From positions 1-34,342 of the forward strand of contig JAQUQA010000001.1 in assembly GCA_028716305.1 (NCBI GenBank): DNA of 34,342 nt, written 5' to 3'. Numbering within the stretch: position 1 is the first letter of the stretch; each line of letters opens with the position of its first letter. Origin of the DNA: Candidatus Omnitrophota bacterium. GTDB taxonomy: Bacteria > Omnitrophota > Gorgyraeia > Gygaellales > Profunditerraquicolaceae. A program made the translations under genes and the position numbers. Of this stretch, positions 1 through 9,203 are shown piece after piece. Under the pieces are notes generated by a model that ran no database searches, was not told where the DNA came from, and saw nothing but the letters and a program-made list of their open reading frames with translations.

Positions 1-44
1 CCCAGAATAACCGCGATTACAGCTGCATAAAGCGTTTTTTTCAT
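1..44 (-). CDS. 5' end of the next downstream gene, truncated by the window edge; hydrophobic N-terminus
   Basis: The ATG at 44..42 lies 1 nt after the upstream stop (46..48). It reads MKKTLYAAVIAVIL..., a Lys-rich start followed by a hydrophobic stretch like a signal peptide or TM anchor. Only 14 codons are visible. Confidence 0.3.
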   Translation of the reverse strand, partial: MKKTLYAAVIAVIL

Positions 45-45
45 C

Positions 46-1935
46 TTAGTCCATAAATTTCTGATGCCATAATTCCAGCATTAAAATAGACCACAATTGG
101 AAGGTAAAATCTTTCTTTCTGCGGCAATGATCTTCGAACATCCGCAGGACCGGCTCACGCTCAAAATAACCTCGCTTAAAGAATTTTTGGGAAAGAATGT
201 TTTCGCGTAGAAATTCCTTTAGATCTGCCCGAAACCATTCCCCTACGGGGATACCGAATCCCATTTTTTTTCGATGGATATTTTCCACAGGGATAATCTC
301 TTTGACGCTTTTTTTAAGCAGATACTTCTTAACCAGATGCCTCATTTTATATCTGGCAGGCAATCCGGCGGCAAACTCCATCACTTTTTGGTCCAAAAAA
401 GGAGAGCGCACCTCTAGGGAATTTGTCATGCTGGCAATATCCATTTTTACCAGCAGATCTCCGGAAAGATAGGTATTCACGTCTGCCTCCAGCAGTCCAT
501 CCAGTAGATCGTTTTGCCTGTCGCTGAAATAAGGCGAAAATATCTCCCAGGGGTGATATCCTTCAGTTTTTTGCTTAAGGAATTTTGAATATGTTCTTTC
601 CCGCATCTCTTCATTAAAGATACCGATCCAGCGAAAATACCTTTTACGGCCCGGCAGTTGAGCGGCCCACATAAACCTTTTAAACCTGCCCAGGGCGCTT
701 CTGGAATTTCCGCATTCAGGAAACCGGCTTGCCGCTCTAAACAGCAGCTTAGATAACGGCACGGGAAGACGCGACAGTTTGTCCGCTATGATCATTGCCT
801 GATACCTCTCGTAACCGGCGAAAGATTCGTCGCCGCCGTCTCCGCTTAAGGCTACAGTTACAAACCTCTTGGTTTCTCTGGCCACATAATAAGTAGGAAT
901 ACACGATGAATCCGCATAAGGCTCGCCGTAATGTTCAACCAGTTTATGAACCACTCCCATGGCATCCGGCCTGATTACCAATTCATTGTGATCAGTGGCG
1001 TACCTGTCTGCTACCAGCTTTGCGTAGCGCAGCTCGTTAAAAGCCCCCTCCTTAAAACCTATGGAAAAAGTCCGGATCCTGCCTGTAGTGAGCTCCGCCA
1101 TAAGCGCCACCACCGTTGCCGAATCGATCCCGCCGCTCAAAAAAGCACCCAAAGGCACATCGCTATATAGCCTTATTTTTACTGCCTCTTTTAACAGCCT
1201 CAAAAGTTCCCGAGCAGATTCTTCTTCATTGAGAAGCGTTTTATTCCGGTAATCCAGCTGCCAGTAACGGCTCACCCGCAGCAAGCCGTCTTTCAGAGTC
1301 AGCATATGCGCCGCGGGCAATTTTTTTATCTTTTCGAAAATAGAGCGCGGCGCCGGGATATAGCCATAGGCAAGATAATCCCCCAGGGCGCCATAATCGA
1401 TGATTTTATCGATCAGGTTCGCAGAAAGCAAAGAGCCGATTTCTGAAGCAAAACAGAATATACCTTTTTCGAAAAAATAGAAGAACGGTTTTTTACCTAC
1501 CCTGTCCCTTGCGGCAAAAACGATCTCTCGCTTCTTGTCCCAGATGAGAAATGCGAACATTCCTCTGAGCAGCCGCAGACACCCGTCTTTATCTTCTTCA
1601 TAAAGATGCAGTATGACTTCCGAATCGGTGTCCGATTTAAACTTGTGCCCTTTTTCTTCGAGACCTTCGCGTAGTTCCCGGTAATTGTAAATCTCTCCGT
1701 TAAAAACGATCCAGACCGTATTGTCTTCATTGGACATCGGCTGATGAGCTTTGGCAGACAAATCTATGATGCTTAGCCTCCTGTGTCCCAGGCCGACATT
1801 GATCCTGCCGTGCTCTACAAAAATACCTTCATCGTCCGGCCCCCTGTGCTTTAGGGCGCAAGCCATCTTTCTCAGACGGTCCTCATCAATAATCCGGCTT
1901 CCACTATAGTCAATGATTCCGCAAATGCCGCACAT
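46..1935 (-). CDS. asnB: Asparagine synthase (glutamine-hydrolysing) family amidotransferase; probably a glycan-tailoring enzyme rather than the housekeeping one
   Basis: 629 aa. The N-terminal MCGI gives the Cys2 Ntn class-II glutaminase nucleophile. The RGPD, HRRLSIIDL and NGEIYNY blocks are present, as is the PP-loop SGGIDSA. An AGGAG motif lies upstream of the ATG. Confidence 0.9.
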   Translation of the reverse strand: MCGICGIIDYSGSRIIDEDRLRKMACALKHRGPDDEGIFVEHGRINVGLGHRRLSIIDLSAKAHQPMSNEDNTVWIVFNGEIYNYRELREGLEEKGHKFKSDTDSEVILHLYEEDKDGCLRLLRGMFAFLIWDKKREIVFAARDRVGKKPFFYFFEKGIFCFASEIGSLLSANLIDKIIDYGALGDYLAYGYIPAPRSIFEKIKKLPAAHMLTLKDGLLRVSRYWQLDYRNKTLLNEEESARELLRLLKEAVKIRLYSDVPLGAFLSGGIDSATVVALMAELTTGRIRTFSIGFKEGAFNELRYAKLVADRYATDHNELVIRPDAMGVVHKLVEHYGEPYADSSCIPTYYVARETKRFVTVALSGDGGDESFAGYERYQAMIIADKLSRLPVPLSKLLFRAASRFPECGNSRSALGRFKRFMWAAQLPGRKRYFRWIGIFNEEMRERTYSKFLKQKTEGYHPWEIFSPYFSDRQNDLLDGLLEADVNTYLSGDLLVKMDIASMTNSLEVRSPFLDQKVMEFAAGLPARYKMRHLVKKYLLKKSVKEIIPVENIHRKKMGFGIPVGEWFRADLKEFLRENILSQKFFKRGYFEREPVLRMFEDHCRRKKDFTFQLWSILMLELWHQKFMD

Positions 1936-1953
1936 ATTTCTCCTTGCCTGTCT

Positions 1954-2778
1954 TCACGGAAAAAGAGAGATAATAACCGGCTTATAGACTTCGATTATCA
2001 GCTCTTCCGTAACTAAATCCCTGATCAACGGAATCTCGGACAGCAATTCCGCAAGTCCAAAGTCAACTCTTTCGACTTTAGAATTCAGGCTAAAATGGCA
2101 CCTAAAATTAATGAATCCTGCGGCCTTGATGGCCGCAATCAGTTTTTTCCTGGATGAAAGCCCGATATGCTGATGGGCTTCCCCGTGGGTATGCGGGATG
2201 ATTACCTTGAAAGGATTTTTTAACTTTAGCGTCCGGTTCAATTGTTTTATCAACCTGGCTGTACGCAGATACGTCAGATTAGGTGTTTTGATCAGTAATT
2301 TTCCGGAAGGCTTTATTACCCGCATCAACTCTTTCAGAGAAATTATCTTATCGTCATAATTAAGGTGTTCAAAAAAGTCCGAGGAAACAGCTTTATCGAA
2401 ATAATTGTCCGGAAAAGGAAGATTTCTGGCGTCCCCGGCAATTGCCTTGCCGTTAATGGAAAATTCCTTCATATATTTATTTGCCTGCTCTACGGATTCA
2501 ACGCAGAGATCAATCCCGGAAACTTCCGCCCCCAAAAGGCCGCAATATACCATTATTGCTCCGACTTCACAGCCAACATCGATAAGTTTATCTCCCTTTT
2601 CGATGTCCAAGAGGTGTAAAACCAGATCCTTATGCCTTAAGGCGCTGAGGTCGCGGTAGGCCTGAGTGTTTTTTTGATCCTGACCGAGAATATCTTCATT
2701 GCTTACGTAAAAATATCCCTTTAGCCATCCCCGTTCAGGATAGCGCTCTACTACATCGTATCCTTTGAATTTTTCCAT
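1954..2778 (-). CDS. Class I SAM-dependent methyltransferase
   Basis: Motif I-like LIDVGCEVGAIMVYCGLLGAEVSGIDL and a post-I acidic residue, with FDKAVSSDFFEHL and KPSGKLLI blocks. The ORF is open to 2955, but that extension overlaps the upstream GT and is Arg/Lys-rich junk. The ATG at 2778 (MEKFKGYD) has an AAGGA motif about 8 nt upstream and leaves a 23-nt gap. Confidence 0.85.
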   Translation of the reverse strand: MEKFKGYDVVERYPERGWLKGYFYVSNEDILGQDQKNTQAYRDLSALRHKDLVLHLLDIEKGDKLIDVGCEVGAIMVYCGLLGAEVSGIDLCVESVEQANKYMKEFSINGKAIAGDARNLPFPDNYFDKAVSSDFFEHLNYDDKIISLKELMRVIKPSGKLLIKTPNLTYLRTARLIKQLNRTLKLKNPFKVIIPHTHGEAHQHIGLSSRKKLIAAIKAAGFINFRCHFSLNSKVERVDFGLAELLSEIPLIRDLVTEELIIEVYKPVIISLFP

Positions 2779-2801
2779 ATTCGATCCTTGCGTTTTTCGG
2801 C

Positions 2802-3878
2802 CTATTTGCTGCCGGAGGCGTTCTCTAGGACATTCAGAAACTTGGGAACGTTTGCTCTTAAAGAATACCTTTCTTCGACCGTACGGCGGCCGTTTTCCCC
2901 GATCATCCTTCTTAGCTCCGGGTTTTTTGCCAGCAGGATGAGTTTTTCCGTCCATTCGCCTTCATCGTTCGCCAAATAGCCGTTTACTCCGTCATTGATA
3001 ATCTCTTTATTCATGCCGACCGCGGAACAGACACAGGGAATCCCTATGCTCATATACATTATCGCCTTAAACCCGCATTTACCTCGCGTCCATTCGTTGT
3101 CCGGCATTGGCATAATTCCGATATCGAAAGATGCCAGATCATCCATTTCTTCCTCCAGTAACCAGGGCTTAAAAACAATACTCCGGCCAAGGCTGCTTTC
3201 GTAGGACCCGCCGACAATCTTGATTAGGACATCGTTATTACTGCCGATGAGTTTTCGAAAAACGTTCTCCATTGGCTGAAGAAAGCCGGCAGTGGTCAAT
3301 GATCCGATCCAGCCGATGACAATGCTATTACTGCGGCTTTTTTGACGCGGCAGGAACTTTTCCGTGTCGATCGGCGTAGGGATGATATTGATATTCTTAT
3401 TATACAAGAGCGCGCAATCTCCCAGATAACGGTTTCCCGCTATTACCTGAGCACTGCCCTTGACCACCTCAGCAAACTTCTCCGGATACCTGAAATAACC
3501 GATAAAACTGTTTGAATCGCTTTTCGCCGGTAAGAATAAAGCGTCGTCGAAATCGAAAATAACCGGTTTTCCGGTCAAAATGACCATATTCTCAAAAAAA
3601 GCTCCGAAAATAGGATATGCCTCTCTGTGCACAAAAATGACATCGTAACCAAAAACACTAATTAGGTCTCCTAAGCGCAGAAGCGAACCGCGAAAAAAAT
3701 AGAAGAGTTTTTTTAAAAAATGCCCTTTTTTGTAAAGTATGGAGAATCCCCGCCTGCACCAGAAAGAAGAAACCCGGAACCTTACTCCTTTCTCTTTCAG
3801 GAACGGTAGATATTGTTCAACACGATACCTGTTGCTTGCCCCTTCCCTTGGATAGGGAACAAAAAATAAAACCTTCAT
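2802..3878 (-). CDS. GT-B glycosyltransferase (GT4/GT1-like)
   Basis: 358 aa. The MKVLFFVPYP N-terminus is typical of GT-B enzymes. The C-terminal region GFKAIMYMSIGIPCVCSAVGMNKEIINDGVNGYL resembles a nucleotide-sugar-binding EX7E-type region. There is an ATGA overlap with the upstream gene. Confidence 0.85.
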   Translation of the reverse strand: MKVLFFVPYPREGASNRYRVEQYLPFLKEKGVRFRVSSFWCRRGFSILYKKGHFLKKLFYFFRGSLLRLGDLISVFGYDVIFVHREAYPIFGAFFENMVILTGKPVIFDFDDALFLPAKSDSNSFIGYFRYPEKFAEVVKGSAQVIAGNRYLGDCALLYNKNINIIPTPIDTEKFLPRQKSRSNSIVIGWIGSLTTAGFLQPMENVFRKLIGSNNDVLIKIVGGSYESSLGRSIVFKPWLLEEEMDDLASFDIGIMPMPDNEWTRGKCGFKAIMYMSIGIPCVCSAVGMNKEIINDGVNGYLANDEGEWTEKLILLAKNPELRRMIGENGRRTVEERYSLRANVPKFLNVLENASGSK

Positions 3879-5116
3879 TGTTTTTTACCCGCTGCAGCCG
3901 GCAGGCATAAATCATCGAAAATCGCTTTATATAAAAGCGCCCCTTTCTCCAGGGAAAAGTTCCTAACCGCCAGCCGGCGGCACTCTTCTTTAAGCCGCGC
4001 ATTATTATTTTTCAATTCGAAAAGTTCACTCAAAGACTTTTCATAACAGTTACCCTTAAATTCGCTAATTACCGCTCCCACGGCGTTTTTCCGTAAAACC
4101 ATCTCCGTATCCCCAACACCAGAATTGATCACCACCGGTAATCCACAGGCAAGGTATTCCGCGAATTTTACCGGAGAACATGCCAGACGACTGAATGTCT
4201 GTTTATAGAAGATCAGGCCGGCATCGCAGAAAGAAAGAAATGCGGGAATCTGATTAAGCTCCGCTTCTCCCAGGGTAAAATCCCGCGAATGAATACCCAT
4301 TTTTTTAAGCGTAAGCTCGATATATGAGCGGTCGCCGGGACTTAAAATCACCAAATGGGCATCCGTTTTCATTTTCTTTGCCGTTTTAAAAAAATCCAGC
4401 ATTCCTTCAAGATTATACCATGTGCCCACCGAGCCGGTATAAATAAACAGGAATCTGTCGTCAAGTCCGCTTAAGAGCGGCGGCCTTACTTTAACCCCGG
4501 AGAAAGAAAAGAATTCCGTGTCCACGCAACATGGTATAACCCTAATCTTGGCCGCTTCTAGGGCGGGAAAATCTCCGGAATATAAAAGTATATCTTTTAT
4601 TCTTTCGGTAAGCACTACTACTGCGCTGGAGCCTTTCAGGAGACGAGCCTCGATTGTTTTCCCTAGAGTGAACAGCAAAGCCCCCTTCTTAATGATCCCG
4701 CCTTCGGCATATTCGTCTACCATCATTCCGCGCATATCGAAAATAAACTTTCTTCCAAGGCAAAAACGCAGTAAAAAAGCTATTACCGCCGGTACATAAC
4801 TTCTGGCATGCACGATATCAATTTTATCTTTTACGACGATGTACCCCGCATAAATAAACCCGCAGGCAATGTCCATAAAAGTCGAGATCACTGCCGGACG
4901 CTTATGATAGACCAGACGATACCAGCGGATATTGTGTGCTCTAAGCTCTGCGGATATCTTCCTATACCGCTGTTTATCCGCAAGGAATTTTTTCTTTTCA
5001 AAGGTTAAAATACTGAAAGATTTCCCCCTGTCCGAAAGTTTTTTCAAATAGGCTATCCCCTGCGAATATAACAGCGGCTCAAGGGCCCCATTATAGGAAA
5101 TGAACAGCCCCCTCAT
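3875..5116 (-). CDS. GT-B glycosyltransferase (GT4/GT1-like)
   Basis: 413 aa with a two-Rossmann layout. The C-terminal block is PVKFAEYLACGLPVVINSGVGDTEMV. There are ATGA overlaps at both ends. Confidence 0.85.
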   Translation of the reverse strand: MRGLFISYNGALEPLLYSQGIAYLKKLSDRGKSFSILTFEKKKFLADKQRYRKISAELRAHNIRWYRLVYHKRPAVISTFMDIACGFIYAGYIVVKDKIDIVHARSYVPAVIAFLLRFCLGRKFIFDMRGMMVDEYAEGGIIKKGALLFTLGKTIEARLLKGSSAVVVLTERIKDILLYSGDFPALEAAKIRVIPCCVDTEFFSFSGVKVRPPLLSGLDDRFLFIYTGSVGTWYNLEGMLDFFKTAKKMKTDAHLVILSPGDRSYIELTLKKMGIHSRDFTLGEAELNQIPAFLSFCDAGLIFYKQTFSRLACSPVKFAEYLACGLPVVINSGVGDTEMVLRKNAVGAVISEFKGNCYEKSLSELFELKNNNARLKEECRRLAVRNFSLEKGALLYKAIFDDLCLPAAAGKKQ

Positions 5117-6453
5117 AACACGCCTCCGCGAGAAATCTTTTTTTTGGAGTTACCGATATCCTGGCTCAGTCCGACCGCAGTAAAAATAAAAAATACAGGC
5201 CAAATCAACGCGCGGTGGCGGAAGAGCGTGCCTACATTTCCTTCCCCAAAAAAAGATAAGATCATCACCAGGATAAAGATCAAAATAAACAAGGATTCCT
5301 GCAGTCTGTAGCGTATGGAAAGCGCAACTCCTTTAAGCATGAAGAAAAACAAAACTATCCAAATAAGCATTTCCGCGGTCCCAAAAATATGTTTCAGCTT
5401 GGTAACCGCCCATGGAAAAGGAGCAAATAATATGTAAAGGAGGAACCCCGGGGCATTAAGGACGAAGGTTAACGGGGTAGAAATATCGGCGTCGGGTAAA
5501 AATGCCGTTTCCGCAGCCCAAAGCCTCACCTGATGCGCCTGATTCAATGCCTCGAAGACAGAACAGGAAGGAAAACCGATATAATTGTTGAATAGCCTGC
5601 TCACCGAATGCCATTTTAGAAATACCAGTAAAAAACTCAAACCAAGGATTATCAGGATGTATCTTTTTTTTCTACTGCAATAGTTTACCGCCAGCGATAT
5701 AAATCCGGCAAATATAACTACTACGGCGATCGAGCTGCGGATCTTATAAATCAGCGCAACGGACAATCCCAGCAGCACCCAATAAAAAATCAACCCGGGC
5801 GAATTCTTCAATTTATTTATCAGCCAAAAAATAAAGAACGCCAGAAAAATAGTGATCGGTTCTTTAAGGTTTTGCGTTGACCAAAGGATCAAAGAAGGCC
5901 AAAAGGCGCAAAGACCGGAGGCGATCAAAGCGCTGCGCCGGCCAAAGATATCCCGGGTAATAAAATAAATCAGGATTACCGTCAGGCTGCCGAAAACGCA
6001 ATTTAAAAAAAGTGTCATCAGGTAGTATTCCCCGATAAAATAGTAAAGAAATGCAACCAGATACGTGTAATTCAGGTCGCCTGCCCAAGGCATCCACCAC
6101 AGGCTGTTGGGCCCGGGGAGATAACCGGTTTCTTTCCACGCGGAAACAATACTGCTGGCATTCAGGGCATAACCGTAATCATCGGCCCCCAGAAAAAAGA
6201 TATTTCCCTTGCCGCGGTAAGCCAGCCAGGCAAGCAGCAGGCATAACAATATACGCAAGGCAAAGCCGGAATAAAATATCTTCAAAACGGCTGCCGGGCG
6301 GTCTTTTTCATACAGCTTCACCATGGCAACCCCGAAGAGAAACCCTAAAAACGCTATTAACCCGGGGACCAAAAGGGCCGGCGGGACAAAAAACAATACT
6401 CCTATAAGGACACCGGCAAAAACGATCTTCAACCTTTTATTTTCTTGCGGCAT
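5113..6453 (-). CDS. Polytopic membrane protein, PMT_2/ArnT-like GT-C glycosyltransferase candidate (an O-antigen-polymerase-like role is not excluded)
   Basis: 446 aa with more than 10 hydrophobic segments. An acidic GADDYGY motif sits in an early loop. The block LNCVFGSLTVILIYFITRDIFGRRSALIASGLCAFWPSLILWS resembles the PMT_2 core (R/N..LFG.L.V.L.Y...R..FG...A). Confidence 0.6.
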   Translation of the reverse strand: MPQENKRLKIVFAGVLIGVLFFVPPALLVPGLIAFLGFLFGVAMVKLYEKDRPAAVLKIFYSGFALRILLCLLLAWLAYRGKGNIFFLGADDYGYALNASSIVSAWKETGYLPGPNSLWWMPWAGDLNYTYLVAFLYYFIGEYYLMTLFLNCVFGSLTVILIYFITRDIFGRRSALIASGLCAFWPSLILWSTQNLKEPITIFLAFFIFWLINKLKNSPGLIFYWVLLGLSVALIYKIRSSIAVVVIFAGFISLAVNYCSRKKRYILIILGLSFLLVFLKWHSVSRLFNNYIGFPSCSVFEALNQAHQVRLWAAETAFLPDADISTPLTFVLNAPGFLLYILFAPFPWAVTKLKHIFGTAEMLIWIVLFFFMLKGVALSIRYRLQESLFILIFILVMILSFFGEGNVGTLFRHRALIWPVFFIFTAVGLSQDIGNSKKKISRGGVL

Positions 6454-7654
6454 AGCCTGACCTGATCCTTAAATAATAGTGGTAAACGGCATAAGCTGAC
6501 AAAATGATCAAAAAAGGCATGATCAGCGTCCTGTATCTGATACAGCTCCTGATCAACACGGAAACAAAGTTAAAATTAAAAATGATCAAAGCGAACAGTA
6601 AGGCGTAAGAAAACCGGCTTGCGGCCAGCAGGAATAACCCGATGGCCCCCAGGATAATCAGCGGTCCGTCGGTAAAAAGCATGACCAGGATATGCTTGAA
6701 ATTATAGGAATCCGGAAGGTCCGTGGTGTGAGGAAAGAACCTCCAGAAACGCAGGAATCTTCCGGCCAAGAGCTTACGATACTCCGCGGGATGGCTCTTA
6801 ATAAACTTCAACCCTTTGTTGTAATAATGCCTGTCGATCTGGACCTCTGACAATCCTGCGACTTCTTGGGAAGAAAGGCCTAAAACATAAAAATCCCCTC
6901 CCCCCTTGGTCAATACCTCCGGGTTGTGCGTGGCGTAAAAAGTCATTCCACCTTCCGTAGAGGCAAGGACTATTTTTTTATGCAGTGCGTAATTGCGGAT
7001 CACCCATGGGGCAATCAGCAGCCCGGCGGCAACAACCATGATCAATGCCTGACGCAGGGCCCGCCGTTTGTCCTTTTGAGTAAAGAATACCCAAAATGCC
7101 AGTAAGGGGATGAGCCCGTAGGCCATTGAACGTGTCATTGCCAATGCCCCCAGGAACACCCCGCTGAGCAAGGCATTAAAAAGGTACCCCCCTTTATTCC
7201 TTAAAAGAAAATAAACCGCCAGGAGCAACAAAAGGATCGCCAATGATTCAGGGGTAATTTTACCGTTCCAGTAGATAAAAGGCGGATAAAAAACAGCTGT
7301 CAGCATGGCCAATAAAGCGGGTTTTTTACCGAAGATCATCTTTGCGATCAGATAGATCAGGATGCAACCCAAACTGCTGAACAGGGAAAGCATGATTTCT
7401 ACCGGCAACAGGGCGGGTCCAAAAACCAGTATTGAACCGGCAAGAAAAAATGGAAAAACCCAGGGCCGCGCAGAAACAAAATCACTCACCCCCACCCACA
7501 TCGAGTAACCGTTCCCGGAAACGATGTTCTCGGCGATCTCCCAGCCCTCTTCATCCCAACAGCCTATTTCCTGGCTCCCCAGGGAATAAACATAAATGAC
7601 GCGGATGGCTAGGGCAACCAGAAAAAGCAAAAATACGATTTTATTATCTTTCAT
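6437..7654 (-). CDS. GT-C glycosyltransferase, family 39/83 (ArnT/PMT_2-like)
   Basis: The ORF is open to 7855, but that extension is Arg-rich and overlaps the upstream gene. The ATG at 7654 gives MKDNKIVFLLFLVALAIRVIY, a typical TM1. The first loop carries WDEEGWEIAENIVSGNGY (acidic DE motif). The PMT_2-like core is LFSSLGCILIYLIAKMIFGKKPALLAMLTAVFYPPFIYW. Confidence 0.75.
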   Translation of the reverse strand: MKDNKIVFLLFLVALAIRVIYVYSLGSQEIGCWDEEGWEIAENIVSGNGYSMWVGVSDFVSARPWVFPFFLAGSILVFGPALLPVEIMLSLFSSLGCILIYLIAKMIFGKKPALLAMLTAVFYPPFIYWNGKITPESLAILLLLLAVYFLLRNKGGYLFNALLSGVFLGALAMTRSMAYGLIPLLAFWVFFTQKDKRRALRQALIMVVAAGLLIAPWVIRNYALHKKIVLASTEGGMTFYATHNPEVLTKGGGDFYVLGLSSQEVAGLSEVQIDRHYYNKGLKFIKSHPAEYRKLLAGRFLRFWRFFPHTTDLPDSYNFKHILVMLFTDGPLIILGAIGLFLLAASRFSYALLFALIIFNFNFVSVLIRSCIRYRTLIMPFLIILSAYAVYHYYLRIRSGYAARK

Positions 7655-9203
7655 TTTTAATAAACCCGTAATTATGATCCGCTTTAAAAATATCATTAAA
7701 ACCGATGACCAGGGTTCCTTCCTGGGGCAGGCTGACCATCGCTTTTCTGATCCGCCGGTAATTCTCTTGCGCGATAACCTCAAAATTGACCTGTCCATCC
7801 GGAGTAAAATTAAGCGGCCCCTTTGCCACAAAGACCGGCTTGTCAATATGATCAACGGCCAGGTTAACCATGCTCACCAACCCCCTGTCTTCCAGGGCCT
7901 GGGCGCCAAAATAGGTGTTCAACAGGTTAAAATCGCGTTCGACAAAGGTAAACTTGATCTTGTCGGAAAAACTTTTGTTGTCAAAAACTATCCGTTGGGA
8001 CGCCAGAAGTTTGTCCTTATTGGCTTTCAGGCTGTCGTAAATCGCCCGGTTGATCCGGCAGGAAACCACCTGGGCCCAGGAATTCCCCTGAGAAACGATT
8101 AAAAATAAACCAGTAATAACCAACAACAACGGTTTCCAAAAACTGCCGAGTTTTGAAAACCACCAAATAGCCAGGATTACTATGCCAATTGAAGGCAGGA
8201 CCAAGTGCCTGCCTCCGATCCCCCCGCTCCTGCTCAAAAATAGCGGTGCAATAAAAAAAATAGCTGCCGCGATCGCAAATAAAATTTGTTTACCGCTGAT
8301 TTTAAGCCGGTTATCTTTAAGTAATTTTTTTAAAATATAGAGAGCTGCAATATCAAATATAAGAAATACAAAAAATAGCCACTTCGGGACCAAAACGAAA
8401 AAAAGATAAAAACCGTAAATCAGGCTTCTTAAAAGATACCGACCCGCATAATGATGTAACAATTCCACAAAAGCCAACGGCACGCCGGTTAAAGAAAAGG
8501 CATGCTGACTGACTGATTGATTAAGCACCGGCATAATATAAAAGCGGCAGGCCAAGTAGATGATTTCTGCGGCAAAAAACGGTACCAGGTACTTTATCAA
8601 GTTATTCCTTTTCAGGCAAAAACAATAGGCCATCAAAACAAACGGTTCAAAAAATCCTACCTCATACCAGAAAATCACCAGCAAATAGCTGAAAAATGAC
8701 AAATAGAGAAATGCTTTCTTCTTACTATTAATAAATTTAATAAAAAAACCGGTGCTAAAAATATAAATCCCTATTGCCGTATTCATATTGAGAAAGATCA
8801 GGCTGTGGTAAATTTCCAGGACATTCGGTAAAATGGAAAAAAGCAAAGCTCCGATAAAAGCGGTAAAAGAATCATTGAATAACTGAAAGACAAGATAATA
8901 AAAACCAAATGCAATAAAAAGGACGGAAAGGAAAAGAAGAATTAATGCCAATGTTGAATTTTCACCGATTAATTTACCTTGCAGCATAAGAAATATATAA
9001 TTAATTGGCCGGTCGCTTATCTTAAACATATTTTCGGGAATTTGGTTGAGTTCCAAATTTCGCGAAGTAAGTAAATAGACGTAATCATCGGGGGCAATAG
9101 AGGACCTTTCAAATGGTACAAAATGGGCAATAAATATAAAGATAACAAGTGTAATGATATACTGCTTATTAATCATACCTAAGTTTCCTGTCGAATTCTT
9201 CAT
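7644..9203 (-). CDS. Unassigned ~12-TM membrane protein with a soluble C-terminal domain; GT-C-like; paralogue A of 12748..14277
   Basis: 519 aa. The TM1 region YIITLVIFIFIAHFVPF is followed by a long loop containing APDDYVYL. About 12 hydrophobic segments precede a ~150-aa hydrophilic tail. It aligns along its full length with the 509-aa ORF at 12748..14277. There is an ATGA overlap with the upstream formyltransferase gene. Confidence 0.6.
   Translation of the reverse strand: MKNSTGNLGMINKQYIITLVIFIFIAHFVPFERSSIAPDDYVYLLTSRNLELNQIPENMFKISDRPINYIFLMLQGKLIGENSTLALILLFLSVLFIAFGFYYLVFQLFNDSFTAFIGALLFSILPNVLEIYHSLIFLNMNTAIGIYIFSTGFFIKFINSKKKAFLYLSFFSYLLVIFWYEVGFFEPFVLMAYCFCLKRNNLIKYLVPFFAAEIIYLACRFYIMPVLNQSVSQHAFSLTGVPLAFVELLHHYAGRYLLRSLIYGFYLFFVLVPKWLFFVFLIFDIAALYILKKLLKDNRLKISGKQILFAIAAAIFFIAPLFLSRSGGIGGRHLVLPSIGIVILAIWWFSKLGSFWKPLLLVITGLFLIVSQGNSWAQVVSCRINRAIYDSLKANKDKLLASQRIVFDNKSFSDKIKFTFVERDFNLLNTYFGAQALEDRGLVSMVNLAVDHIDKPVFVAKGPLNFTPDGQVNFEVIAQENYRRIRKAMVSLPQEGTLVIGFNDIFKADHNYGFIKNER

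Noticed and set aside
2779-2955. Long N-terminal extensions in the ORF track for 1954..2955, 6437..7855, 14966..15937, 17719..18870, 25957..27030 and 28905..29558.
   Set aside because: Each extension overlaps the preceding gene by 45-200 nt and translates to Arg/Lys/Ser-rich sequence unrelated to the family. In every case an internal ATG gives a canonical family N-terminus within a few nt of the upstream stop: MEKFKG, MKDNKIVFLLFL, MPEAKG, MRIAYDN, MEKIDFQ and MIAIVDYGLGN.
7596-8102. Other plus-strand ORFs of 160-180 aa: 7596..8102, 20435..20932, 32680..33216 and 33284..33814.
   Set aside because: All are fully nested antisense to minus-strand genes that have strong motif support or a paralogue. 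None has a recognisable domain. A uniformly minus-strand, translationally coupled array leaves no room for them.
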